A stretch of DNA of 64,000 nt from a virus. The DNA is taken from positions 1-64,000 of the IMG/VR virus record IMGVR_UViG_3300045988_101743; one strand, given 5' to 3'. The position numbers and the translations under genes are program-made. The first letter of the stretch is position 1. Each line of letters begins with the position of its first letter. Below the pieces are notes generated by a model. That model did not search any database. It saw nothing but the letters and a program-made list of their open reading frames with translations, and had not been told where the DNA came from. Shown here piece after piece: positions 26,987-36,798 of this stretch.

Positions 26987-27478
26987 TTAGGCCTTTTGGG
27001 TTCTTGCCGCAAAAAGGAGTGATTTCCATTCGTCATAGGAAACATACAACTCGAATAAGTCGTACTTCTCCATACCGCACTCCTTTCTCTTTGCCACAGC
27101 GGTACGCCTGTTGTCGCAAAAAACATACACGTCGTTGTTGTCCCTGAAATACCAGTAGCACACGCCAGGGCCATTCGTGAGGAATATCTCCTTGTCGCGC
27201 TCCCACAACTGCTCTCTAAGGAGTAGTCTCTGATTCCGAATGCACGTTCTGTTGATGTCGTCGGCTTTAAGTGTAGTCACGAACTTGTGCTTACAACGCT
27301 TCTCAATCAGCTTGAGAAGGTTGGGGCGCCATGCCTCGTTGTCCACAAACGGGAAGTCTCTGTTCTGGAATGAATACTCCGTACCGCTGACGCTTACGTG
27401 TATCTCACTTTTGTTCTCAATGGGCGCGTTCTTGACAGCGTCAAGGAGGCTTGAAATCTCTGCTTTTGTCATATTCAT
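26987..27478 (-). CDS. Hypothetical protein (163 aa), cassette gene
   Basis: ttattaaccattaaaaatttATG upstream and a hairpin downstream. Confidence 0.5.
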   Translation of the reverse strand: MNMTKAEISSLLDAVKNAPIENKSEIHVSVSGTEYSFQNRDFPFVDNEAWRPNLLKLIEKRCKHKFVTTLKADDINRTCIRNQRLLLREQLWERDKEIFLTNGPGVCYWYFRDNNDVYVFCDNRRTAVAKRKECGMEKYDLFELYVSYDEWKSLLFAARTQKA

Positions 27479-27719
27479 AAATTTTTAATGGTTAATAAGA
27501 GAGCCGGCCATGAGCTAACATGACCGACTGTTTTGGCCCAATGTCGCAGGCATGGCGCCTGTCTTTAGTCTTTCGATCTAATAAGCTGCCTTCTGTGAAG
27601 GCTGCTGGATACTTCACACTAAAGGTGTTACCTTGTGTGAGTATCCACCGCCTTCGGTTTGAGAAGCTTATGTGAATTTTTGCCTGCCCACACTGGGGCG
27701 CTTGGCGTTTAGGTGAGCG

Positions 27720-28721
27720 TTACTTCTTTCTCCACTCGGCAATCTTCTTGTCCACGTCGATGCCAGAGTCCTCGATGAGTTTCTTCATGACGCCGATCAT
27801 GCGCCAGCCTTCAACGACATACTCGCTGGCCTTCAACTCAACAAAGTCGAGCGACTTCTTCTCGTTGAGGCCGGTGAAGCGAGCGCCATGGAACATGATG
27901 AGGTTTCGCATGGTGAAATAGGCGCCAGAACCCTTGTACGCGTTGATGAACGAACCACTGATATTCGTGCTTCTCGCAAGGCGCTTGCGGTGCTTGTTGA
28001 AATCGCACACCAGCTCGTACAGCTTGCGCGGAGACTGCTCGTAGTTGAACTTCACGGCGTAACGGCGAATGTCGTCATACAACTTCTTGTTGAGGTCGCT
28101 CACGAAGATGTTCCTGCCTCCAATGCGCACATAGGGAACACCCTTGCACGTGTGCTTGTAGACTTTCTTCCTCTCGGAGTTGAGGCGGTACATGAGTTTG
28201 CCCTCCACGTAATCCTTGAGAGTGTTGAGATAATCTGACGCCATGACGGATATCGTTGGCCCGTTGAACCACTGGTTGCGACGCATAAAGTTGGCCATGT
28301 CGCCATGCTTGTGCATCTTCATCTGAGCGCGAAGCTCATCCTCGACCATGCGCCACTGGTACTCATAGCCTCGCTCCTGAAGGAGCTGGTTGAAATTCTT
28401 ACCGGACTTCATGTTTCTGAGGATATGGAACATCTGTGCCATGACCCATCTGCGGAATAGCTTGTAGTGGTTGATGTAACCACCGCCAGCAATCTTCGTG
28501 TAGACAGGGTCGTCGTCGTCAACCATCACAGGAACTCCGTCGACGACCTTGACAACCATCTCCTCTCCCATTGGAAAGTAGTTTGATGTGTCAACGCCAG
28601 CCGCCTTGAGCGCCTCGATGCGAGCGGCTGCTCCCTTGGGCTTGTAAACCTTGGCGCTTGCGCCCTGACCGTTCATCTCTGACAATGTGAACTCACCTGA
28701 AATCATTACGTTTCTTTTCAT
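27720..28721 (-). CDS. Hypothetical protein (333 aa), cassette gene
   Basis: cattattaaccaactaaattttagcaattATG upstream. Confidence 0.55.
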   Translation of the reverse strand: MKRNVMISGEFTLSEMNGQGASAKVYKPKGAAARIEALKAAGVDTSNYFPMGEEMVVKVVDGVPVMVDDDDPVYTKIAGGGYINHYKLFRRWVMAQMFHILRNMKSGKNFNQLLQERGYEYQWRMVEDELRAQMKMHKHGDMANFMRRNQWFNGPTISVMASDYLNTLKDYVEGKLMYRLNSERKKVYKHTCKGVPYVRIGGRNIFVSDLNKKLYDDIRRYAVKFNYEQSPRKLYELVCDFNKHRKRLARSTNISGSFINAYKGSGAYFTMRNLIMFHGARFTGLNEKKSLDFVELKASEYVVEGWRMIGVMKKLIEDSGIDVDKKIAEWRKK

Positions 28722-28792
28722 AATTGCTAAAATTTAGTTGGTTAATAATGTTAAAAACATGAAGAGGAACGGGGTGTGAACCCCATGCCTCC

Positions 28793-29071
28793 TTAGGCTG
28801 TCCTGTAAACTGCATCACATTCTATAATGGCCTTGTATTTCTTAGGGAACTTGGACCATCCATTGTACGCCTTGATAACTTGCCTCGACGACCACCATGT
28901 GACTGCCTCCTCGTCAATGTGGAAGCATTTTAGCTTATCCGTATCGTCATACAGAACCCACTCGCCTGATGCAAGCACGCCTTCCCTTAGATGAATGGCA
29001 TGGCCGCCAGACTCCGAATACCGACGCACAAGGTCGTCAACATAGTGGTAGTCGCAATAAATCTTTCTCAT
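28793..29071 (-). CDS. Hypothetical protein (92 aa), cassette gene
   Basis: cattattaaccaaccaaagaacgtattATG upstream. Confidence 0.45.
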   Translation of the reverse strand: MRKIYCDYHYVDDLVRRYSESGGHAIHLREGVLASGEWVLYDDTDKLKCFHIDEEAVTWWSSRQVIKAYNGWSKFPKKYKAIIECDAVYRTA

Positions 29072-29140
29072 AATACGTTCTTTGGTTGGTTAATAATGCT
29101 GACAGGAACGGCCACGCTAATGGCCGCACCCGGAAAAGGC

Positions 29141-29614
29141 TCAATCGTTTGAATCCACCCATTTGCGAAGGATGACGAAATCCCTGTCGTTCTTGGACTG
29201 CCAGAACCACGTTCCGTACTCGTCCTTCCATTTCAGGGCACCGGTCATGACCGCTGCAAGCACCAATGATTCAAGCATGAACCTCGCAAACTCTCGCGGC
29301 TCGCCGTAAATCATGTCAGCGTCCGACAACTCCTTCTCGGGCAAAGCCTTGAAATAGGTCCTGCGGTGCGACTCCGAGCGCTCTGATGGCACGGACCGCT
29401 TGTACGCCTCGTAGCGAACCTCAAGGCACTTGATGATGTCGTGCCCCTCAAAATCCTCCTCGCTAACACCGAGGGGAAGGTCGTGCTTTCCATCCTTGAT
29501 GAGATACTTACCGTCAATGATGAGGGATCGCCTCTCAAGGTTGACATAGAACTTTGCGCCATTGCTGACGAGCTCCTCTGTCTCCTTTCCGAAAATCTTA
29601 TCCATAATAATCAC
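29141..29614 (-). CDS. Hypothetical protein (157 aa), cassette gene
   Basis: catattaaccaacaaacgtgattattATG upstream. Confidence 0.5.
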   Translation of the reverse strand: MIIMDKIFGKETEELVSNGAKFYVNLERRSLIIDGKYLIKDGKHDLPLGVSEEDFEGHDIIKCLEVRYEAYKRSVPSERSESHRRTYFKALPEKELSDADMIYGEPREFARFMLESLVLAAVMTGALKWKDEYGTWFWQSKNDRDFVILRKWVDSND

Positions 29615-29669
29615 GTTTGTTGGTTAATATGCGCCAGTCACGCCGTATTCCGGCATGGCTGGCTGTTGG

Positions 29670-29882
29670 CTAAATGTTGTCGGAGACAACACGCTTGTCT
29701 GTCGCCATCGCCACGCGCTTATGACGCATGGCGCCGGCCTCATAGACCGTAACATAACGGTACTCCTTGGCGAGTTCAATCATCCTCTTTCTCGCCTCCT
29801 GTCTTGTCAGCAAGGCTGAAGTTTGCTCTACGCCAAGACCAAGTCTGAAAACATACACCCTCATAGCGTTCATTACCACCAC
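29670..29882 (-). CDS. Small hypothetical protein (70 aa)
   Basis: ORF overlapping the previous stop by 10 nt. Confidence 0.35.
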   Translation of the reverse strand: MVVMNAMRVYVFRLGLGVEQTSALLTRQEARKRMIELAKEYRYVTVYEAGAMRHKRVAMATDKRVVSDNI

Positions 29883-30148
29883 GTTGGGATAAAATAGGAT
29901 AGATTCTTAGATTCTCTACGAGCTTTTCTTCGTTCGTTTTCATAAACACTTCCGTTAATACACTCGTCAAATGTTCTTGCAAGCATTGCGCCAACTACCC
30001 AATAGGCTGGTCTGTAGTCTTGTGGGACTTTGTCGAGGTCGATGCACCCAGACGCAAGAATCTCCTCTATGCACTTGTTGAACGTGACTGGGTCGCTGTA
30101 CTCTTGAACGACGTGGTTGCATTTTCTGATAAACTCTTCTTTTGTCAT
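29873..30148 (-). CDS. Hypothetical protein (91 aa, start MTKEEFIRKC), cassette gene
   Basis: ctatttaaccatagcattataattATG upstream. Confidence 0.45.
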   Translation of the reverse strand: MTKEEFIRKCNHVVQEYSDPVTFNKCIEEILASGCIDLDKVPQDYRPAYWVVGAMLARTFDECINGSVYENERRKARRESKNLSYFIPTWW

Positions 30149-30209
30149 AATTATAATGCTATGGTTAAATAGGAAAATCCCCACCCGCAAGAGTGAGGAT
30201 TTGTTTGGC

Positions 30210-30413
30210 TTAATAAAGAGTTGCTCTGTCACGAAGGTTGCCGCTTATATCGCCATCCTTCTGTAGTCCATCAATCCAGTCATTGAAATTCATGTTCAAG
30301 TCAAGATCGAACTTTGTCTTCTTCCCCGTGTAGTCTATGCCACACTCGTCACAAAGCTGCCAGAACGCCTTTCTTAGCTCCTTCTGGTTCGTGTAATAAT
30401 ACTTTTTTGCCAT
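30210..30413 (-). CDS. Hypothetical protein (67 aa), cassette gene
   Basis: ttattaaccaatcaaattttgaattATG upstream. Confidence 0.45.
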   Translation of the reverse strand: MAKKYYYTNQKELRKAFWQLCDECGIDYTGKKTKFDLDLNMNFNDWIDGLQKDGDISGNLRDRATLY

Positions 30414-30461
30414 AATTCAAAATTTGATTGGTTAATAACAAGATCCGCATTAAGCTACACA

Positions 30462-30619
30462 GGATCTGGAAAAAAACAGTAACTTTGAAGCCACTCGCAC
30501 GCCAAAGCATCATCGAGGGCTTTCGCTGCTTGCTCTCCCCAAACTCGCGGTTTGTACGCATCTTCCTTCAGATACTTCTCTACAAGATGCTGTAGTTGTT
30601 TTTTTTCTTCTGATGTCAT
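30462..30619 (-). CDS. Small hypothetical protein (52 aa, MTSEEKKQLQHLVEKYLKEDAYKPRVWGEQAAKALDDALACEWLQSYCFFPDPV), cassette gene below the ORF-track size cutoff
   Basis: atattaaccaaaactacaaattATG upstream; translated manually. Confidence 0.35.
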
Positions 30620-30701
30620 AATTTGTAGTTTTGGTTAATATTATGTGGGTGGAAGGCCATAGGCCAACCACCCGTAGGCTCAAAGTCGCGCAAATGCAGC
30701 C

Positions 30702-31238
30702 TTAGGCAGTGGCGCATTGGTGCTCAAGCTCGTAAGCAATCTCGGAGACAGTCTCCCCGAAATTGTACGTGATGCCAAACTTACCGAAGGTGTTGAAATA
30801 CCACTCTGCGAGATACGCCCTGTCCTCGTCGGCACGCTTACTGTCCTCAGCTGCGTCCAAGCGAGCGACCATTTGGGGAAACAGATCAAAGTAGTCGTCG
30901 CCATCGTACTCAAAGCTCCAACGGGTGCCGGTGATGTGCTCAGGATAGTCGTCCTTGATGTTGGCGAAATAGCCACACAAGCTATGGTCTTTCATGTGGA
31001 GGTACTCCTTCATCTCCCTGTTCACCTTGAAGGCGAAATCCATGGAGAGCCAGTGGATTGAACCGATGGAGTCAGATAGGCACTCCTCTATTTCCTCTGA
31101 GTTGTCGTAGCCTTCAAGGCACCAGCGATAGAGGTTCTCTACGGCTTTGGCAAAGTTTCTTACACCGATGTAATCGGCTACCATCTCAACGACATCACCT
31201 TTGCTGTCGGTTACTGTCTCAACAATGTTTTTTTCCAT
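30702..31238 (-). CDS. Acidic hypothetical protein (178 aa), cassette gene
   Basis: caaaccaaccaattatagattATG upstream. Confidence 0.5.
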   Translation of the reverse strand: MEKNIVETVTDSKGDVVEMVADYIGVRNFAKAVENLYRWCLEGYDNSEEIEECLSDSIGSIHWLSMDFAFKVNREMKEYLHMKDHSLCGYFANIKDDYPEHITGTRWSFEYDGDDYFDLFPQMVARLDAAEDSKRADEDRAYLAEWYFNTFGKFGITYNFGETVSEIAYELEHQCATA

Positions 31239-31301
31239 AATCTATAATTGGTTGGTTTGTATGGTGGGAAAGGGAGCTGCTACACTCCCCTCCCCGATGG
31301 C

Positions 31302-32129
31302 TTAGGAGGCCTTGTGACCGTCAAGATTGTGCTCGGAGATAACATCCTTGATCAACTCGTCGCTGTCACAGTAGAAACCCCAGCAGGAGTCCTCCTCCCA
31401 GTCGCAGCAATGCTCGCTGTCGCGCCCGTCGTCGTAGACCTTGGTGTACGGCACCTTGCTCTCAAGCGTGTAGCCGATAACGTCACCCCACATCCACTTG
31501 CCGATACATTCACTCTCGGACTCCATGTTGGAGATGGCGCGCTCCTTCCAACCCTTCGTCGGCGCACCGCACATCTTGGCGTAGCGCTCCTTGTCGCAGT
31601 AGGCAATGCCACAAACGTAGTCGCCCTGGCTGTAGCCTCGGGACGACCACTCGCATATCGCCACATCCTTCGCGCAGTCGCGCATGATGGTGACAAGGTC
31701 GTCGTAGTCGATGTATCCAGTGAGGTCACTTGCGCATCCTGAACGGAGCTCGTCCACAGTAAACGTTTCCTCGTAGCGCTTGTTGTAGCGATCGTCGTAA
31801 TACATGACGTGCCAACAGCGCAGCGACCTGTCATACTGGAGCTTCACGCTACTCAGACAACCACCCTTCAGGTATGACAATAGCTTGTCGTACGGGACGT
31901 AGTGGTCGATGAGGCATTCGAGCGCCTCTTCAAGCGTGTAGCTGTTGCCGTCGTACAGCACCTTGTTGTCAAACGACGAGTAGCTGGATAAGCGGCCACG
32001 GCTGTTTTCGCTAAACAGGAACACACCAGTCATGTCCCAGTCCAATGGACAGATGGGGGAATCGTCACGCCATACGCTGATCCTGTAGTTGCCAATCTCC
32101 TTTGTCTCAATTAAGTCTTCTTTGTTCAT
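31302..32129 (-). CDS. Cys/Trp/Tyr-rich hypothetical protein (275 aa), cassette gene
   Basis: ttatcaaccaacttaaattatacgattATG upstream. Confidence 0.5.
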   Translation of the reverse strand: MNKEDLIETKEIGNYRISVWRDDSPICPLDWDMTGVFLFSENSRGRLSSYSSFDNKVLYDGNSYTLEEALECLIDHYVPYDKLLSYLKGGCLSSVKLQYDRSLRCWHVMYYDDRYNKRYEETFTVDELRSGCASDLTGYIDYDDLVTIMRDCAKDVAICEWSSRGYSQGDYVCGIAYCDKERYAKMCGAPTKGWKERAISNMESESECIGKWMWGDVIGYTLESKVPYTKVYDDGRDSEHCCDWEEDSCWGFYCDSDELIKDVISEHNLDGHKAS

Positions 32130-32197
32130 AATCGTATAATTTAAGTTGGTTGATAATGGAGGCCCGTGGCGCGTCGAGGCGCCATAGGCCGAAAGGC

Positions 32198-32380
32198 TCA
32201 GTCGTGGTACGCTATTGACACAAGCTCAACGACGGCGCTGTCAAACAACGCCTCGGCCTTGTGGTCAACATAGTTCATCTTCCTGTTGTTGTGCATCTTC
32301 CTCGCGGCAATCTTGATCCTGTTGATCTCGGCGAGCAGGGAACGCTCAAAGTTCCTGTCGCAGTTCCTGTCCCTAAGCAT
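32198..32380 (-). CDS. Small hypothetical protein (60 aa)
   Basis: ORF. Confidence 0.3.
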   Translation of the reverse strand: MLRDRNCDRNFERSLLAEINRIKIAARKMHNNRKMNYVDHKAEALFDSAVVELVSIAYHD

Positions 32381-32398
32381 GGCGCAATCGTGTGTGTG

Positions 32399-32788
32399 TT
32401 AGACAAAAGCGCGAACGCTACGCTCCGTAGAGAACTCAAGGGCGAGCTCCCTCACACCGTTGGCGAGGATGTCCCACCACTTATCCACGAAATCATCTTT
32501 TGACATCTTCTCTGGGACATATCCCCACTTGACGCCAATCAGGCCGATCTCGTAGTCCCTGAACTCCAGGTTGAAGCACGATGGCAGCCCTCTGAAATAG
32601 TCAGCGAGCTGGCTCACCTTCGTGCCTCTGTACGGCCTATAGTACTCAGACAGGAATGTCACGGCGAGAAAGTGTATTCTCTCGCGTATGGCAGCGCGTT
32701 CGTTGATTCTCATGTCGTAGACAAAGCGAGTGCCGTATCCGTCTCCGTCGATGCAGTCGACGATGTACTCTTTCAAATACTTATTCAT
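32399..32788 (-). CDS. Hypothetical protein (129 aa), cassette gene
   Basis: ttattaacccataaagttttacgattATG upstream. Confidence 0.5.
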   Translation of the reverse strand: MNKYLKEYIVDCIDGDGYGTRFVYDMRINERAAIRERIHFLAVTFLSEYYRPYRGTKVSQLADYFRGLPSCFNLEFRDYEIGLIGVKWGYVPEKMSKDDFVDKWWDILANGVRELALEFSTERSVRAFV

Positions 32789-32866
32789 AATCGTAAAACT
32801 TTATGGGTTAATAACAAGAATGGCGCAGCGCACCTAAGCGCCACGCCACAGGACAGCTACTGCCGG

Positions 32867-33190
32867 TTAATCAAAGGAGTTGCTTGGGATGTCCCCAACA
32901 GAAAGGGGAGTCATGCGGATGAGATTCTTGAAGCATCTCACATCGTGCTCATGAAACCTTATCTCAGGATCCTCCACGTCTTCTATCGGAGAGATGAATT
33001 TTTTCAGGAACAGGGAAACCGTATCCTTGCTGATCCCTTGCGAGATGTTCACGTCAAAAGACATCTTGTCGTAGTCGGTGATTCTCGCAAATGCGGTGCA
33101 GTCGGCGACTGTATAAAACGCAACGCTGCTTCCGTCAAAAAAGGCCTCGTGTTCCCAGTCGCCGAAATTGTGACAGTCATAATAAACCAT
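32867..33190 (-). CDS. Hypothetical protein (107 aa), cassette gene
   Basis: attattaacccttaaattattgacgtATG upstream. Confidence 0.5.
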   Translation of the reverse strand: MVYYDCHNFGDWEHEAFFDGSSVAFYTVADCTAFARITDYDKMSFDVNISQGISKDTVSLFLKKFISPIEDVEDPEIRFHEHDVRCFKNLIRMTPLSVGDIPSNSFD

Positions 33191-33601
33191 ACGTCAATAA
33201 TTTAAGGGTTAATAATATGGAGGAAGCGCCCATCGCAATGAGGGCGCAACCATTATGCTAAAAAACAAATATAGCTGTAGTTCTTTGACAAATGGCAATC
33301 GGGTAGGAGGTAAATGCTAATCATAAAAGGCATTTACCTCCTATTTTCACATTTACCGACGTTTCTCTTGCGTCGTCAGGGCACTGTATCATAGTTTTTG
33401 CATCATAAACCTTGCCATTGTCTACGACAAACCATGCATTTAAGCGTTTGTTGTGTACTTGTAATTTCTTCATTTTTTACTTTGTTTTTGGTGAATAATT
33501 ATCGTACTACCCAAGTTGACTTGAGTAGTTTTTAGGCCGAATAATCCTAAGCACAATTATCGTACTGCTTGGCAATTATCGTACTGCCAGCCAGAGAAAA
33601 A

Positions 33602-33821
33602 TCACAGGCGTGGCATGAGCAGGTTTTCCAAGCGCAGAGTGGCGCGCCACCAGGCTCTCAGGAACGAACGCCCCAAGCGAGAGCCAAGCAGCACGCACGA
33701 CAAGGCGAACGTGTAGGCGACACCGCACAGCACGCACGCCACGCTCCCAGATAACAGAAGGGAGCAGGGAAGACACAACACCGTGGCAACAGCCACAGTG
33801 AACAGCGATCTAAAAGTATTC
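33602..33821 (-). CDS. Small two-TM membrane protein (73 aa), cassette gene
   Basis: MNTFRSLFTVAVATVLCLPCSLLLSGSVACVLCGVAYTFALSCVLLG, with caaaaccaattaaaccatacgattATG upstream. Confidence 0.4.
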
Positions 33822-33888
33822 ATAATCGTATGGTTTAATTGGTTTTGGTGGGCGAGAAGGATATGATAATCCTTGCGCCCTGTGGCAA

Positions 33889-34071
33889 TCAGTCTCTTAG
33901 GTGATGCTTCCACCGCAAAGCTTTGGCGTGCGAGTTCACAATCTTAAATGGAAGTGAATAAAACCACCTCCCCATTGCGTTGAGTTGGATGGCGTACAGC
34001 TTGTCAATACGCTGGAAACCACGCTCGCCATCATTGCTAATGGTGTAGCAAAAATACTTGTTGTCTTTCAT
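33889..34071 (-). CDS. Hypothetical protein (60 aa), cassette gene
   Basis: ttatcaatcaacacattggaattATG upstream. Confidence 0.4.
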   Translation of the reverse strand: MKDNKYFCYTISNDGERGFQRIDKLYAIQLNAMGRWFYSLPFKIVNSHAKALRWKHHLRD

Positions 34072-34884
34072 AATTCCAATGTGTTGATTGATAATGGAAG
34101 GCAGGCGCAGCGCTATATGTAAACGCCCGCCTGCCCATAAGTTTTAGCCCGCTGCCGTGATATGTGTGTATGTTATTTTCTTGTTCTCGGATACCACGTG
34201 GATAACCCGTGCGACGACCATTCGCGCACGCTATGCAGCTGCTGAGCTTTTTGGGTGCCCAGCTATTCGTCCCCTTTTCTTTACACGCCACGCACGACAC
34301 GTGGCAAGCTCTTCTTTCTCTACGCCAACGGCGTACACGCTACATGAAGTGAGTTAACAGCTCGCGTGTCCTTTTCCCGCTAACCACTGCGGGCGTACCC
34401 CAAGGAGATAGGGAATTATGATTTATGAATTACTCATTTCTCTCACGCTGCTCACCGCTCAACACGATAACCGCTACACGCCAAAGGTCAATGTGTACTG
34501 TGCCTTCGCCACGCCTGTCCTGAACGCCTACTCTCAACCACAGCTCTTTTGCTACGGGATTCTCAGCTTTCAGCGGTGTGCGGTTACTGCCGTTTCTGCA
34601 CATATCGCCGAACCCGCCCCTTCGCCACAACAGGACTAACGTTTCATGAGATCGACACCTACGCCTTGCTCGACGTCTACGGGGATCTCATTGCGTCCTA
34701 TCTGTGTGACCGTTGGCGGTCTGTGTGGTTCACAGCTCCACACCGCACACTCCGATTTATCTTCTCTTCGTGCGCTTTCGCTGTTTTCCTGTTTCGCTAT
34801 TGTTGTAGCTCATCAGTCACAAATAACCCATGGGTATTGTGAGACAGGTGTAAAATTGTACCTAAATTTAGACAATAAACAAGT

Positions 34885-34914
34885 TACCCCACCTTTTTAC
34901 GGGTGGGGTAACTG
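34885..34914 (-). terminator. Rho-independent terminator after the leftward gene 34937..35473
   Basis: gttaccccacc-tttttac-gggtggggtaac is an 11-bp stem. On the minus strand it is followed by ttgtttattg. Confidence 0.5.
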
Positions 34915-34936
34915 AATTACTGCTAAGGTTAAAGCC

Positions 34937-35473
34937 TTATTTGGTGGGCTGCTCAGTGGTGGGCTGCTCAACTTTCACACCTGAAGACTTAAGCGAATTA
35001 AACATTACCTCTACAGATACGCCGAAATATTCGGCCGTTTTTGAAAGCGAACCGCAAATTAAATATAGTTTCTTTGCGTCGCTTACCTTAAATGAGGATA
35101 CGGTTTTCACGGTCTCTTTCTCTATTGACCCGTTTACACTATCAATAAACAAACGTGCGAAACGATCAACGGTATCTACAACGGCGTTAATGCCATTTGA
35201 TGAAATGGCTGCGTTGTTTGCGTGTTCGGCGCAAAAACCTTTGTGCATCTTGCAATAAGTGTTTATTGCTTTGCGCATGCATTCAGCAGCAAACTTGCCG
35301 GTTGCGTTTGTTCGATAGTCTTCTAACAAAGAAACGTTTAATTCTTTGCGTAAACGGATAGTCTTTTCAGACTCCGAAAAATTAGAACCCTTTGTAAGAT
35401 TCTCCAAATCTGTAGCGGTTAACGTCTCAAACAGAAACGCAAACGCTTTGTCTCTTGTCAGTTTATAAGCCAT
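34937..35473 (-). CDS. Hypothetical protein (178 aa), first cassette gene
   Basis: Its upstream element ttattaaccaactaaattttagcaattATG is identical to that of 27720..28721. Confidence 0.5.
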   Translation of the reverse strand: MAYKLTRDKAFAFLFETLTATDLENLTKGSNFSESEKTIRLRKELNVSLLEDYRTNATGKFAAECMRKAINTYCKMHKGFCAEHANNAAISSNGINAVVDTVDRFARLFIDSVNGSIEKETVKTVSSFKVSDAKKLYLICGSLSKTAEYFGVSVEVMFNSLKSSGVKVEQPTTEQPTK

Positions 35474-35510
35474 AATTGCTAAAATTTAGTTGGTTAATAA
35501 TGTGCGATAC

Positions 35511-35616
35511 CCCATCGCTATGGGGGGCGCGCGCTATGGGGGGCGCGCGCGTGGGGGGCGCGCGCGTGGGGGGCGCGCGCGTGGGGGGGGCGGTTAACCG
35601 CCCCCCCACGTTGCAA
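35511..35616. repeat. GC-rich tandem repeat (about 15-16 bp x5: ctatggggggcgcgcg / cgtggggggcgcgcg) ending in a perfect palindrome gtgggggggg-cggttaaccg-cccccccac
   Basis: Five G6 runs plus a G8 run alternate with (CG)4. A 13-bp inverted repeat centres on TTAA. The block sits alone in a roughly 1-kb AT-rich ORF-free region. Confidence 0.85.
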
Positions 35617-36531
35617 AGATACAACTATTTATATATATATAGGGTAAACTATTGTTAAATGTTAGTGTATAATAACCGTGTAATATAGAATTGTGTTAAA
35701 TCCGCAAAGAAAATACCGTTTAATTGTTAATTGTGTTAACAAGTGTAAACAGTCAGGATTATGTTATAACTACTTGTTATGCAAATAGTTACACAATCCG
35801 CGTGTAATTATATTTGCCTTAATGGGTGTTAAATGTTAAATGTAGTATCTTTTTACTTCGATTAAACAGAATTTAACAATATATATGCACACAAAGTGGA
35901 TCTATATTCAGTGTATAAACACACGTTCCCCATGGGAGTTAACACGCTAAATATGTTTGTTTGCTTTGTCCGCTTTTTTCTTATGAATAAATCCTACGTT
36001 TTTTGTGCATTTGTGGTTATTACTCTATATAATAACCATACCCCCACCCCCCCGAGGCCAGCGGAAGCATGGGGTATAGTTACCTCATTCACAGGTTTTT
36101 ACGATTTTTTTTGGATTTTTTATTTTTTCTCGAGTCTGCACAATTATTGGATTTATTTTATAACTTATTTACCCATTTACGATTTTTAACATTTTGCGAA
36201 ATTATTGTTTTTTTGTGCTTTTTGAGCTTGTTTTAATCGATGGTGTAGATTATTCTACATCTTAGTGTAGGTTTAGTGCAGTATTATTTCTAATCTACAT
36301 TAGTATTCTGCTGTATTTTGTTTGAAAAGTATTATTACCACATAAAATGTGCGGGAAAACCGAGGGTAGAAATTTATATGCCCCCTCCAAAACGGGCATT
36401 TTGAGCATATTGCGTACATATCCGCTGCATTTAGTCAACATTTGCGAAAATTATTGTTGTTTGATATTTTTATTTTTGGATTGGTGTGATATATTTATTA
36501 TATTTGCACCGTTAATGTATATAAATACGTA
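35617..36531. promoter_or_regulatory. About 0.9-kb AT-rich ORF-free hub between the leftward cassette array and the rightward primase module: likely divergent promoters, regulator-binding repeats or an origin
   Basis: Repeated TGTTAAATGTTA / TTGTGTTAA motifs, a palindrome tgtagattattctaca, and a C-rich island accccccacccccccgagg. Confidence 0.35.
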
Positions 36532-36537
36532 TTGCTT

Positions 36538-36798
36538 ATGCCTACCAAGAAAGACCCTAATTTGTGCGAGACCATAGACTCAGAGGTTTACTCATTGTGC
36601 AAGGACATACTGGAGAGGGTGTCACGCTTCAAGGACGCCACCGGTGTTAGCCGTGTCAGCATAGAGACGGAGGACGGCGAGCCTACGATGGAGTTCAACC
36701 GCTCCACCGGAAAGGTTGTCGAGTCCGGCAACCGCCTTCGTGTTAATGTGTTTGTCGACGTCCATGGTGACGGAGACGTAAAGATGGTTACGCTATGA
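36538..36798 (+). CDS. Hypothetical protein (86 aa)
   Basis: ORF overlapping the primase start by 4 nt. Confidence 0.4.
   Translation: MPTKKDPNLCETIDSEVYSLCKDILERVSRFKDATGVSRVSIETEDGEPTMEFNRSTGKVVESGNRLRVNVFVDVHGDGDVKMVTL

Noticed and set aside
35511-35590. Possible CRISPR-like repeat
   Set aside because: It is a contiguous GC-rich tandem repeat without spacers, ending in a palindrome; more consistent with a structural DNA element.
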